This document shows positions 18,276 through 27,926 of a stretch of DNA of 57,203 bases, piece by piece. This DNA comes from Planctomycetota bacterium. GTDB taxonomy: Bacteria; Planctomycetota; UBA11346. The stretch lies in the NCBI GenBank assembly GCA_031426335.1, contig JANPLC010000169.1, positions 1-57,203 on the forward strand, given 5' to 3'. Both the position numbers and the translations under genes were made by a program. The notes under the pieces are model-generated. The model was not told the origin of the DNA and did no database searches. It saw nothing but the letters and a program-made list of their open reading frames with translations. Within the stretch, counting starts at the first letter, position 1, and the number at the start of each line of letters is the position of its first letter.

Positions 18276-18983
18276 ATGCCCGTCGATTTCCCCGCTACTC
18301 GTTGGAGTTTGATCGCCCGTCTGCCGGACCAGCCGCAGCAAGCAGCGGCGTTGATCGGGCTCTATGCCGACGCGGTGGGTGAATATCTACGCCGACGGTT
18401 GGCCGGCGAACGCCGCGAACGGGTCGACGATGTGATCCAGGATGTGCTGCTCGACTTGATGCGTAAGCCGGAGCTGCTGTCACGGGCGGCACCCGGCAGT
18501 GGATCGCGCTTCCGTTATTACCTGATGAACCTTGCGTGGCTGGCGGCGCTCAACGCCATCCGCCACGAGCGCCGGCGTGACCACGCCAGTATCGATGCCG
18601 CCGGAGAGGACGACTCGCCGATGGTCGATCGATTGGCCGGCGATGTGCCGGCACCGGATCAACGTCAGGCGATGGACCGCGCCTGGGCGCTCAGCGTGCT
18701 GCAGCAGGCGCTTGATGACCTGCAACGCTGGGCCGGCGACGGCACGCTGGAGCCCGAGGCCTATGCGGTGCTCAAAGCCAATCTGATCGAGGGCAAGACG
18801 CTGCGCGATGTGGCGCTGGAACTCGACATCCCCCTCACCTCGTGTCATCGCAGACTGGCCAAGGCGCGGATGTTGTTGCAGCAGGCGATCGTCGAGCGGT
18901 TGCGTTTAGCGGGCGAACTCGGCGCGGAAGAAGATCCGGCGCGCGCGGCGCAGGTGTTGATGGAGCTGGTCACCAACGGGTGA
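18276..18983 (+). CDS. ECF-type sigma factor (FPATRWS N-terminal type)
   Basis: DFPATRWSLI, DDVIQDV, GSRFRYYL, DRAWA and region 4 (LRDVALEL...RRLAKAR); GGAG RBS before ATG 18276. Confidence 0.78.
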   Translation: MPVDFPATRWSLIARLPDQPQQAAALIGLYADAVGEYLRRRLAGERRERVDDVIQDVLLDLMRKPELLSRAAPGSGSRFRYYLMNLAWLAALNAIRHERRRDHASIDAAGEDDSPMVDRLAGDVPAPDQRQAMDRAWALSVLQQALDDLQRWAGDGTLEPEAYAVLKANLIEGKTLRDVALELDIPLTSCHRRLAKARMLLQQAIVERLRLAGELGAEEDPARAAQVLMELVTNG

Positions 18984-19116
18984 AATCATTCTGGTCCTGA
19001 GGCCGAACGCCGTGTGCTGGCGACCAAACCCGTGATTTCGTGCCCTCCCATTGCTCCCAGGGCATCCGCCACACACTGCGCCGCTTCCCTCAGATTCCCC
19101 GCATTGGAGCCGTCGT

Positions 19117-20817
19117 ATGGACACCGCCTTCACCCTGATTTCATTCTTCATCGTCACCAGCCTCGTGGGCCTGGGGACGTGGCTGATCGTGCGGCGGCAG
19201 AAACAGGACACTTCGACCGGCTATTTCCTGGCTGGTCGCTCGCTCGGAGCGGTGTACATCGCCTTCTCATTGCTGCTGACGAATTTGTCGACGGAGCAGC
19301 TCGTTGGCCTGAACGGTGCGGCCTTCAGCGACGGCCTGAGCGTGATGGCGTGGGAAGTGGTGTCGGTGCTGTCGCTGGTGCTGATGGCGTTGTTCTTCCT
19401 GCCGAAGTTCCTGCGCAGCGGCATCAGCACCGTGCCGCAATTCCTGGAACTGCGATTCGATCACACCACGCAGGTGATCTGCAACCTGATCTTCCTGATC
19501 GCCTACACCGTCATCCTGCTGCCGATCGTGCTCTACACCGGTGCGCTGGGACTTAATACCATCGTCGACGTCAAAGGCCTGTTCGGATTTTCCAGCGACA
19601 CGGCGGCGATGTGGTTCTCAGTGTGGCTGGTCGGCATCATCGGCTCGCTCTACGCCATCTTCGGTGGCATGCGCGGCATCGCGGTGTCGGACACCTTCAA
19701 TGGCGTGCTGCTGCTGATCGGCGGTTTCCTCATCGTGTGGTTTGGTCTCGACGCCGCCGGCAAGGGTTCGGGCATCGTCGCTGGCATCAACAACATCACC
19801 ACCGCCCATCCGGAGAAATTCAACTCGCTCGGCGGACCGAAACAGTCGGTGCCGTTCTTCTCGTTGTTCACCGGCGTCATCCTGCTGACGACGTTCTACT
19901 GGTGCACCAACCAACAGATCATCCAACGCACCTTCGCCGCCAGCAGCCGAGCAGCGGGCGAGAAGGGCGTGCTGCTGACTGGTGCGCTGAAGCTGCTCGG
20001 GCCGCTGTACTTGGTGCTGCCGGGCATCATCGCCTTCTACCTCTTCGCCGGCTCGCATCCGGATCTCAAACCCGACCAAGCCTACGGCCTGCTGGTGAAA
20101 ACCGTGCTTCCGCCGTGGCTGACCGGCTTCTTCCTCGCCGCCATGGCCGGCGCGGTGCTCAGTTCGTTCTGCGGTGCGCTCAACAGCACTTCGACGCTGT
20201 TCTCGCTTGGCATCTACCACGGTCTGGTGAACAAGAACGCCAGCGAGCTGCAAGTGGTCAAGGCGGGCAAGAACTTCAGCACCGTCGTGGCGATCGTCTC
20301 GATGCTGGTCGCACCCTTACTGGTCGGCCAGGACAGCATCTTCGGCTACCTGCAGAAGATGAACGGCCTCTACTTCATCCCGATCTTCTCGGTGGTGCTG
20401 ATGGGCCTGCTGCTGCGCCGCATGCCGGCGTCTGCCGCCAAAGTCGGATTGTCGCTCGGCGTGATCATTATCGCCGCGGGTTACTTCATCCCAGCGTTCG
20501 ACGAACAGGTCAACAAATTCGGCGGCTTCCACTTCCTAGGCGTCGTGTTCCTGCTGTTGTGTACCATCATGGTGGTAATGACGCTCGTCTCGCCGCACGC
20601 CGAAGCCTGGGTCCACGAACATTCCGGCGACGTCGAGATGACCTCGTGGCGCTGGACCAAGCCAGTGGCCGCGGCGCTGGTGGTGACCGTGCTGGCGATC
20701 TACGCGTGGTTCGCGGATTTCTCGGTGGTGTTCGAGAAGCCTGCAGCGGTACCAACCGCCGCGGCGACACCAGCGATAGTGGCGCCAACGCCGACCCCAG
20801 AAGCCGGCACGCGCTGA
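19117..20817 (+). CDS. Solute:sodium symporter (SSS) family, YidK-like sugar/polyol transporter
   Basis: GYFLAGRSL, SLLLTNLSTEQLVGLNG, FYWCTNQQIIQR motifs; many TM helices; GGAG RBS. Confidence 0.92.
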   Translation: MDTAFTLISFFIVTSLVGLGTWLIVRRQKQDTSTGYFLAGRSLGAVYIAFSLLLTNLSTEQLVGLNGAAFSDGLSVMAWEVVSVLSLVLMALFFLPKFLRSGISTVPQFLELRFDHTTQVICNLIFLIAYTVILLPIVLYTGALGLNTIVDVKGLFGFSSDTAAMWFSVWLVGIIGSLYAIFGGMRGIAVSDTFNGVLLLIGGFLIVWFGLDAAGKGSGIVAGINNITTAHPEKFNSLGGPKQSVPFFSLFTGVILLTTFYWCTNQQIIQRTFAASSRAAGEKGVLLTGALKLLGPLYLVLPGIIAFYLFAGSHPDLKPDQAYGLLVKTVLPPWLTGFFLAAMAGAVLSSFCGALNSTSTLFSLGIYHGLVNKNASELQVVKAGKNFSTVVAIVSMLVAPLLVGQDSIFGYLQKMNGLYFIPIFSVVLMGLLLRRMPASAAKVGLSLGVIIIAAGYFIPAFDEQVNKFGGFHFLGVVFLLLCTIMVVMTLVSPHAEAWVHEHSGDVEMTSWRWTKPVAAALVVTVLAIYAWFADFSVVFEKPAAVPTAAATPAIVAPTPTPEAGTR

Positions 20818-21144
20818 GCCCCGGAACGGGGCGCCCCCAGCACGTGAGTGCTGCCATTACCCATAAGTTAAAAGGTGGTCGTAAGCGAAGCAGAACCGAC
20901 CGCCGGGAGCGCGGCCGCCCCCGGCCGCATTCCGCACAAACCAGAAATAATCAGCGAGTCCCTGAAAACGGGGCACCACCTCGTACCATGTCGCAACCCA
21001 TCCGATGTGCTTCGTCGTAAAGGAATGCGGCCGAGGGCGGCCGCGCTCCCGGCGGTTTTTCTCGCGGTTTCGCTTTGTTTGCCGACGTATGGGTCACGGC
21101 CAGCACGTGAGTGCTGGGCAACAGGCGCCTCACAAAGAACCGGA

Positions 21145-21477
21145 CTAGTGGTCTGACACGTCGTTCCTGATCGACCCGTCGTTGTTCCACTCGCGCCAGT
21201 CCTTGGTCTGGTCCCACGAACCGCTGACGTAGGTCTTGCGCCATTGCTGCGGTGAACCGTCCTGGTCGAAGTATTCCTTCCACTCGCCGATGCGCGTGGT
21301 GGTGCCAGGCTCGTACTGGCCGACCGCCATGATGCGGCCGCTGGGGTAAGTCAGGGTGACGGTGCCGCTCGATCCACTGTCTCCTCCGCCGCCACCGCCG
21401 CCACAGGCGGTGAGCAGCACGGCGAACACCACGGTGGCAGTCAGCAGGGTGAGGTAACGTGCGGGATGATGGTGCAT
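21145..21477 (-). CDS. Small lipoprotein with a poly-Gly tether and MORN-variant-like beta repeats
   Basis: Lipobox LTAC, GGGGGGG, YPSGR...GQY, GEWKEYFDQDG, WREWNNDG; AAGGAGG RBS; 13 bp downstream of the large dehydrogenase gene. Confidence 0.75.
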   Translation of the reverse strand: MHHHPARYLTLLTATVVFAVLLTACGGGGGGGDSGSSGTVTLTYPSGRIMAVGQYEPGTTTRIGEWKEYFDQDGSPQQWRKTYVSGSWDQTKDWREWNNDGSIRNDVSDH

Positions 21478-21490
21478 GACTTTGCCCTCC

Positions 21491-24400
21491 TTACTGGATC
21501 GCGACCGGGACTTGGACGACTTCGACGGAGTTCAGCTTGTTGTTCGCCGCGCCGCTGCCGCTGCGCAGCGTCAGTCTGCCATCAGTGACGATCACCGTCG
21601 CACCACCGGCGACGGTCTCGACGAAGCGACTGCCCGTGGTCGGAGTGCCGTTGATGATCAGCGTGCCCTCGGCCGTGGTGCGGAACACTGAATCGAAGTG
21701 CCCAGGATCACCGCTGACCGCGACCACTTGATACGTGCCATTGGGGACGGCGAGTTCCCACACCGCATCGGGCACGATGGGTTTCTGGAAGTGCACCAAG
21801 GTGTCGCGGGTCTGATCACTGAGCAGATTGCGGTCGCGCAGGGTATCCGCGACGTCGGCGTTCCAGCCATAGGTCAGGCCGCTACTGCGCGCGCCATACA
21901 CCAGCCCGGCATCGACCTGCCAGCCCGCTACCGTCGGTGCGGTGGCCGGCTGGAAGTTGATCTTCGCCGCGAAGGCCGCCGTCACTGTCACTGGCGAGGT
22001 GTCGGTGTGCGTCGTGCCACTGACGCTGGCCGAACCGGTCACGGTGTAGGGCCCGCCGACGGTGGTCGGGGTGAAGGTGCCGTCCGCGGCGATGCTGCCA
22101 CCGCCGCTCACCGTCCAGGTGATGGTCGGCTGCGTGCTGAGCGGTGCGCCACCACTGTCACGGGCTTCCGCACGGAAACGTACCGATCCACCGTTCACCA
22201 CGGTCGCGGTCGCGGGTGTCACCACCAAGCTGGCGAAGGTCTGGCCGCCGCTCGCGGCCGGGAACAGGCGGTACATCGGCACAATCGCCTTGGGCGTCGA
22301 GGCACTCGACCATCGCAGGTGCGCTTCGGCTCCGCCGGTGTTCTCGAAGTACTCCATCTTCACGTCGTACTGCTGTCCGGCCGTGAGCGCGATGGTGCCG
22401 CTGCGTTCGGTCGGCCCTTGGTCGACCCACTGGTCGACCAGCAGCTGGTTGTTCACCCACAGACGCACACCGTCATCCGTCGTGGCGAAGAAGGTGTAGG
22501 TCTCGCTCACCGCCGGCTGGACCTTGCCGGTCCAACGGGTGGTGAAGGTGTCTGACGACACGCCGGTGGCCGGCGCGGCGCCCCACACGAAGTCGACGGT
22601 CGGATCCGTGCGCGTAACCGTCGCCGCACCGGTGAAGGTCTTGTCCTGGGCGGTCCAGTACTCGCCCTTCAGCCCGCTGCCGTTGGGCAAGGATGCGATC
22701 CACTGCGCCACCTGCGTCACCGCTTCGCTGTGCACCACGTTGCGCCCCACCGGCGGCATCTGCCGCACCGGATCGGTGCTCTGCATGCGGAAATGCAGGA
22801 TCGACTTGGCGAGGTCCTGCGGCACCACGACCTTCGCTCCGGCGATACCCAGCGCATCACGCAAATCACCATGGATGAGGCCCTGGCTGTCCAGGTGCGT
22901 GTCGAAACGCGCGTCCATCGCCGCACCGGTGCCGCCTGGGCGGTGGCAGCCCGCACAGTTGGCGTCGAGGTACGAACGCACGCGCGTCTCCAGCGACGCG
23001 ACGGTATCCGTCAGCGGCACGGTCTTGCGCAGCCCGCCGATCGCTGCTTCGTCGATGCGGGTGGTGAACATCTGGAGGTAGTTCCAGGTGCGCAGCTGGT
23101 TGTCGTTGCGGCTGGTCGACGGGTAGGTGTACGTCCCGTTGAGCTGGCGCGTTTTCGGCCCCAGCACGAAACCCGCGTTCGCGGTGTGGCATTGCAGGCA
23201 CTGGTCGCGTGAGGGGTAATGCCAGGTCTGGCCGCCAGTGACGTCGCTGAGGACCTCATCGGCACCGCCCGCGACCACCAGATCGGCGTCGCTGTTGTCA
23301 GCGCGCCACTTATAGGTCACGCCGTAGCCGTTGGTGCCGGCGGCATCGAGCACCAGCAAACGAGTTTCCAAGCGTCGCGTGCCGCCAGCCGCTTTGGCGA
23401 TCTCGAAATGTTTCACCAGTACGGTGCCACCCGGCCAGGTGAACTCGCCGGTGGCGTTGAAGCCGATCTTGCCGGAACCAGGCAGCGCGACCCAACGCAG
23501 CTTGCTGGCATTGTCCGACCACAAGGGACTGTTGACGGTGTAGGGCACGATGCCGGCATTTACCGTCATGGAACTGGTGGTGCTGAACACACCGGTGGCA
23601 GACAGCGTCGCCGGCAACCCGCCAGTCACTGCAGCGGGCATGACGATGCCGGTGACCGGCGGCCGCGTATCCATGCCATACGCGGTGGAGCCACTGACGA
23701 TGATGGTGGCAGAAGCGACGGCGCTATCGGTAAATCCGCTGCGTGTGGCGAACGCGCGCACCGTGGTGGTCGCCGTGCGCTGGAACGGCGCGCTGTAGGC
23801 CGTCGAGGAACCGGTCGGGGTCGAACCATCCGTGGTGTAACGGATGGTGGTGCCAGTGGTCGCGGTGGTAATCTGCACCCACACCGGGCCGGAGTAGCTG
23901 CCGCCGTCGGGCGTGATCACCGGCGTGGCCACCTGCGCCTGGACGTTGAAGGTGTTGCTGGTGGCGCCGGTCAAACCAGAGGACGACGCCGTCAGGGTAT
24001 AACCAGTGCCCACATTGTTCAGGCTGAGGTTGCTGAAGGTCGCCACGCCACTGACCGCCGCCACCGAGGTGGTGCCGCCGAGCGTCGCGCCGCTGGGATT
24101 GGTTCCGATGGCCAGGGTCACGGTCGCCGTTGATGAGGGCACCGTATTACCCGAGGAATCCTGCACGGTTACGCGCACCGCCGGGGTGATGGTCGCTCCG
24201 GCATTCACCGTGGTCGGCTGCTGGGTGAAGGCGACGCGATTCGCCTGACCGCCGCCGGTCCAGCGCATGCGCCACAACGAGCCGTCGCTCGATGACTTGT
24301 TGTCCTCATTCGATCCGCCGCCGATGCCGGCCCGGGCGATGTACCACAACGCACCGTCGGGAGCGATCTCGACATCGATCGGGCGCGCGGCGCTGGTGGC

Positions 24401-25450
24401 GAAATCCGTGCGCGTGCCGGTGCCGGTATCAAGGTATTTGATCCAGCCGGCGTAGTCGCAGAAGAAGTACTTGCCGGTGTAGGTCCCTGGGAAGGCATCG
24501 ACGCCTGGGCTGGCCGGATTGTAGAAGTCGCCGCCACAGATCGCACTCTTGTTGGTGTTGTAGGCATGCACCGGATTGAGGTAGCCGGTCGGCGGAGTCT
24601 GGCCACCGATGGGGCCATCTATGTTGTCCCAGCCGAAATTGCGATGCACGGGCGCGAGGTTGGTGTCGTAGCGGTTGATCTCTTCATATCCGGCGCCGAC
24701 ATCGTTGACGTAGAGCAGGCCCGTGACCGGCTGCACGGCGAGGGTGAAGGCGTTGCGCAAGCCGAGCGCAACGATCGCGCGGTTGTTACCGCTGTAGCTA
24801 CCGTAGTTGGGATTGTCGGTTGGGATGCTGCCGTCCTTGTTGATGCGCAGCAGTTTACCCAACTGGTTGCCGGTATTCTGCGCGTTGCCGCCGTTGGCGT
24901 TCTCGCCGGTCGAGATGTAGAGCTTGCCGTCCTGACCAAAGCGTAAGCCGCCGCCGTTGTGATTGCCGGCACCACCGAGATCGCTCAGGTCGATGATGAC
25001 GGTCTCGCCGCCGCTGGCGACGTCGCCGTTGGCGGTGTAGCGCCCGACGCGGTGGAAGCGGCGCGTGCCCTCTTTGCGCGTGTAGTAGACGTAGACGTAG
25101 CCATTGCTGCTGAACGATGGATCAAAACACACACTCATGAATCCGCGTTCATTCTCGTTGTCGACCACGCTGCTGAAGTCGACGAACGGTGTGCCCAGCA
25201 TGGCACCGTTCTTCACCACGCGGACGCGCCCAGGTTTTTCGCAGAGGAACAGCCGGCCATCCGGCGCGAAGGTCATGGTGGTGGGATCCAGGCCGGTGGC
25301 GATCTGGGTCTCGGCGAATCCGGCGGGGATGCTGGCGGCATGGGCTTTTCCCGGCAGCAGGCCGAGCAGGAGCACCATCAGCAGCACCAGTCCAACTGCG
25401 TGCCGACCAACAGCACCCACATGACCCGACAGTTCGTACGCAGTAGCCAT
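21491..25450 (-). CDS. Large secreted modular protein: glucose/sorbosone (PQQ-type) dehydrogenase propeller, Ig-like, FN3/chitobiase-like, diheme cytochrome c region, PA14, Ig-like and C-terminal carbohydrate-binding-like domain
   Basis: FAPDGRLF, ERG, NHNGGGLRFG, GKLLRIN.DGSIPTDNP and GLRN (GSDH); PLWSDNASKLRW...PGGTVLVKHF...RRLETRLL followed by CLQCH (23186-23200) and CAGCH (22943-22957); PA14 motifs FTTRWTG, DDGVRLWVN, MEYFE. GGAGG RBS before ATG 25450. Confidence 0.85.
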   Translation of the reverse strand: MATAYELSGHVGAVGRHAVGLVLLMVLLLGLLPGKAHAASIPAGFAETQIATGLDPTTMTFAPDGRLFLCEKPGRVRVVKNGAMLGTPFVDFSSVVDNENERGFMSVCFDPSFSSNGYVYVYYTRKEGTRRFHRVGRYTANGDVASGGETVIIDLSDLGGAGNHNGGGLRFGQDGKLYISTGENANGGNAQNTGNQLGKLLRINKDGSIPTDNPNYGSYSGNNRAIVALGLRNAFTLAVQPVTGLLYVNDVGAGYEEINRYDTNLAPVHRNFGWDNIDGPIGGQTPPTGYLNPVHAYNTNKSAICGGDFYNPASPGVDAFPGTYTGKYFFCDYAGWIKYLDTGTGTRTDFATSAARPIDVEIAPDGALWYIARAGIGGGSNEDNKSSSDGSLWRMRWTGGGQANRVAFTQQPTTVNAGATITPAVRVTVQDSSGNTVPSSTATVTLAIGTNPSGATLGGTTSVAAVSGVATFSNLSLNNVGTGYTLTASSSGLTGATSNTFNVQAQVATPVITPDGGSYSGPVWVQITTATTGTTIRYTTDGSTPTGSSTAYSAPFQRTATTTVRAFATRSGFTDSAVASATIIVSGSTAYGMDTRPPVTGIVMPAAVTGGLPATLSATGVFSTTSSMTVNAGIVPYTVNSPLWSDNASKLRWVALPGSGKIGFNATGEFTWPGGTVLVKHFEIAKAAGGTRRLETRLLVLDAAGTNGYGVTYKWRADNSDADLVVAGGADEVLSDVTGGQTWHYPSRDQCLQCHTANAGFVLGPKTRQLNGTYTYPSTSRNDNQLRTWNYLQMFTTRIDEAAIGGLRKTVPLTDTVASLETRVRSYLDANCAGCHRPGGTGAAMDARFDTHLDSQGLIHGDLRDALGIAGAKVVVPQDLAKSILHFRMQSTDPVRQMPPVGRNVVHSEAVTQVAQWIASLPNGSGLKGEYWTAQDKTFTGAATVTRTDPTVDFVWGAAPATGVSSDTFTTRWTGKVQPAVSETYTFFATTDDGVRLWVNNQLLVDQWVDQGPTERSGTIALTAGQQYDVKMEYFENTGGAEAHLRWSSASTPKAIVPMYRLFPAASGGQTFASLVVTPATATVVNGGSVRFRAEARDSGGAPLSTQPTITWTVSGGGSIAADGTFTPTTVGGPYTVTGSASVSGTTHTDTSPVTVTAAFAAKINFQPATAPTVAGWQVDAGLVYGARSSGLTYGWNADVADTLRDRNLLSDQTRDTLVHFQKPIVPDAVWELAVPNGTYQVVAVSGDPGHFDSVFRTTAEGTLIINGTPTTGSRFVETVAGGATVIVTDGRLTLRSGSGAANNKLNSVEVVQVPVAIQ

Positions 25451-25578
25451 AGATCCTCCGCTATTCGGGTTGAGACGAGGAATACGAGTGACCCGGACAC
25501 CGGAACCGGGGTCGCAAGCCTGGAGCGATTGATGCACGTTTTCCATGATTCCTCGAGTGAAGTTTACCATCTGCATGT

Positions 25579-27045
25579 TCACCAACTGGTCAGCGGAAAG
25601 CGGTTGGCACTAGCGAGGGCACGCACGCGCGCTGCGAGCGCCGCATCATCAAGCACGCCGGCGTGCAGTTCGATCGCGATGATGTCGCCTTCCAACGCCC
25701 GCCCGCTGGGCGAGCCACCAAAAGTCAGTTGTGGTGCGCTGATGCCGGTCGGCACCGCCGCCGCCACGCGTTTACCCGCGCCAGCTCCGGTGTTGAGCAC
25801 CACGCCACCGTCGGCCTGCCAACGACAGGCGACCGACCAATATTTCCCTTCCGGCACCTCGACCCGCACGCGTTCGCTGCCATCAACCAGCGCGGCGATG
25901 GCACCTGGGCTGAGGTCGTGGCGCACCAACGCCACGCGTTCGCGGCCGCCATCGTTCAAGGCCACCACCCGCTGATCCCGCCCAGGATTGATCGGGATAA
26001 CCAGCGCGATGAGAGTCAGCCCATGCTGGGCAGCGAAGGTCTGGACTGACGTCGCCAAGCGCTGATCACGCCCGTTGAAACACAGGCCATACCCTTTGCC
26101 CAGGGGACGCAGGATCGGTTGCTGACTGCCGCTGGGTGGTTGCGCCAGCAGGTTGCCATTGCCGGCCCAGCCATTGAGCGGTTGTCCATCGGAGGTGGTG
26201 CCAACAGCCGATGACGCGCTGAAGCTGGCGATCAGCGTGGCCGGCGGCGGGGCGACCTCGACGCGCGCGTGGCTGCCGGCAGTGACCAGGCGCTCGCCGT
26301 CCTTGCTCACCAGTCTGACCGTACCGCTACTGACCGTCAGTTCGCTGCCGCTGCTGTCGTGCGCGACGCGGAAGGCGGTGCCGACCACCACCGATTCGGC
26401 GAGTGGTGTCTGCACTGCGAGCGGTGCCGTCGGATCCTGCGGTTTGGCCGACACGCCGACCGCGCCGTCGTCGAGGCGAAGCAACACGCCGGCACCTCCA
26501 CCAGCACGGAGCGTCGCGTTGCTGGTCAAGCTCAGGCGGCTGTCGGCGTCGAGCCACAACCGCGTGCCGTCGGCAAGGCGCACCTGCGCTGGTCCGCCGC
26601 GCAATTCAGCACCAGAAACCAACGTCGCTCCCACTCTCAGCGCTTGGCCATCAGCGGACGACAACGCTGTGGCGCTCTCGACGGTGGCGAAGGCCGTGGT
26701 GCTGGACGATGGTCCCATGACCCCGGCGACCACCGCCACCAGTAACAACGCCGCCGCACCGGCGATCCACGGCGTGAACGACACACGCCGCACGCGGCGA
26801 CGACGCACGGTGGTGCGGCGGAGAGTGGAGGTCGATGAACCACGGCGTTCTGGCGCCCGTTGCGGTGCGGCCTGGGTCGCCGCGGTGTGCAGCAGGCGTT
26901 CGCAGCGGATGACCTGCTCGACCACCGCACGACACCCAGGACAGCCCGGCAGGTGCGCGATGAACGCGCCGGCCTCTGCCGCTGGCACCTCGGGATCGAG
27001 CATGCCGCCGACGCGCTCGCGCCAGGTGACGCACGGTTCGCTCAT
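25579..27045 (-). CDS. Anti-sigma factor: zinc-binding HxxxCxxC, TM helix, FecR domain and C-terminal LamG/ConA-like domain
   Basis: HLPGCPGC; TM WIAGAAALLLVAVVAGVM; LADGTRLWL, TPLAESVVVGTAF, VSSGTV; C-terminal FNG and GDIIAIELHAGVLDD. ATGA overlap with the ECF gene. Confidence 0.83.
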   Translation of the reverse strand: MSEPCVTWRERVGGMLDPEVPAAEAGAFIAHLPGCPGCRAVVEQVIRCERLLHTAATQAAPQRAPERRGSSTSTLRRTTVRRRRVRRVSFTPWIAGAAALLLVAVVAGVMGPSSSTTAFATVESATALSSADGQALRVGATLVSGAELRGGPAQVRLADGTRLWLDADSRLSLTSNATLRAGGGAGVLLRLDDGAVGVSAKPQDPTAPLAVQTPLAESVVVGTAFRVAHDSSGSELTVSSGTVRLVSKDGERLVTAGSHARVEVAPPPATLIASFSASSAVGTTSDGQPLNGWAGNGNLLAQPPSGSQQPILRPLGKGYGLCFNGRDQRLATSVQTFAAQHGLTLIALVIPINPGRDQRVVALNDGGRERVALVRHDLSPGAIAALVDGSERVRVEVPEGKYWSVACRWQADGGVVLNTGAGAGKRVAAAVPTGISAPQLTFGGSPSGRALEGDIIAIELHAGVLDDAALAARVRALASANRFPLTSW

Positions 27046-27575
27046 GGCGCACGCTCCGCATCCTGGGTCGCCAAGCGGCCACCCAGGCAACGGGCCAGCG
27101 CGTTGCGGCCTCGCATCAACGCCATCCGCACCCCATCCGCGGACATACTCAGACGTTCACCGATTTGACTGGCGTTGAGGCCCTCCTGGTAGCGCAGGTC
27201 GAGCATCTGCCGCAACCGCTCGCCCAGGCCAGCCATGCAGGCTTTGAGTGCGGCCTGTTCTTGCGCGTGATCCTCCGGCTCGACCTGGTCCCAACTCAAA
27301 GCGACGTATTCCTCCACCGCCTGATGCCGCGGGTAACGGCGGCGATGACGGCTGGCCAGATGGCGCGCGATGCCACGCAGGTAGGCGCCGGGATTGTCAC
27401 CGCGCAGCAACACGCCTGGGCTGCGTAGGACCTCCAGGCACACATCCTGCGCCACGTCGTCGGCATCCGCCGGCGGCAGCAGGTGACGCAGAAAGGCACG
27501 CAGCCGCGGCAGCTCCGCGTCGAGGGCGGCGCGGACCAGGGTGATGTCGTCACGATCGAAAGACGCCGTGGCCAT
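27042..27575 (-). CDS. ECF sigma-70 factor
   Basis: ADDVAQDV...YLRGIARH (region 2); LDLRYQEGL...IGERL...VRMALMRGR (region 4). Confidence 0.9.
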   Translation of the reverse strand: MATASFDRDDITLVRAALDAELPRLRAFLRHLLPPADADDVAQDVCLEVLRSPGVLLRGDNPGAYLRGIARHLASRHRRRYPRHQAVEEYVALSWDQVEPEDHAQEQAALKACMAGLGERLRQMLDLRYQEGLNASQIGERLSMSADGVRMALMRGRNALARCLGGRLATQDAERAP

Positions 27576-27926
27576 GTGCGGCTATGTGTCAGCCTCCGGC
27601 CTGGGTGTAACGGGAGAAACCACTCCCCTGCACAGCCCTGCATCCTGCACGCCAGCCCGTGGTAGATGAATTGCGCCATTCTGGACAGCGAGTGCGACGA
27701 ACTGACGCGGCGCCGCGTGCCTCTGCGCGGTGCGTGAGTGCGTCAGTCAGCGAGTCCGCCTGAAGCCGGCCATGGATCGAACACAGAACACCAGACCCGC
27801 GTCGGCTTCCGGATGGCGAAACAACCTGCGCGGATCCACCACTGCAACGCCAAACCCGCTGGGTTGGTTCGACAACGGGGGCGACAACACTGGTGTATCT
27901 GCTGCATCCTTCTCAACAGGACTCCC

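Noticed and set aside
20818-21144. 327-bp spacer between convergent genes with small ORFs
   Set aside because: No RBS-supported ORF, tRNA fold or repeat match that I could support.
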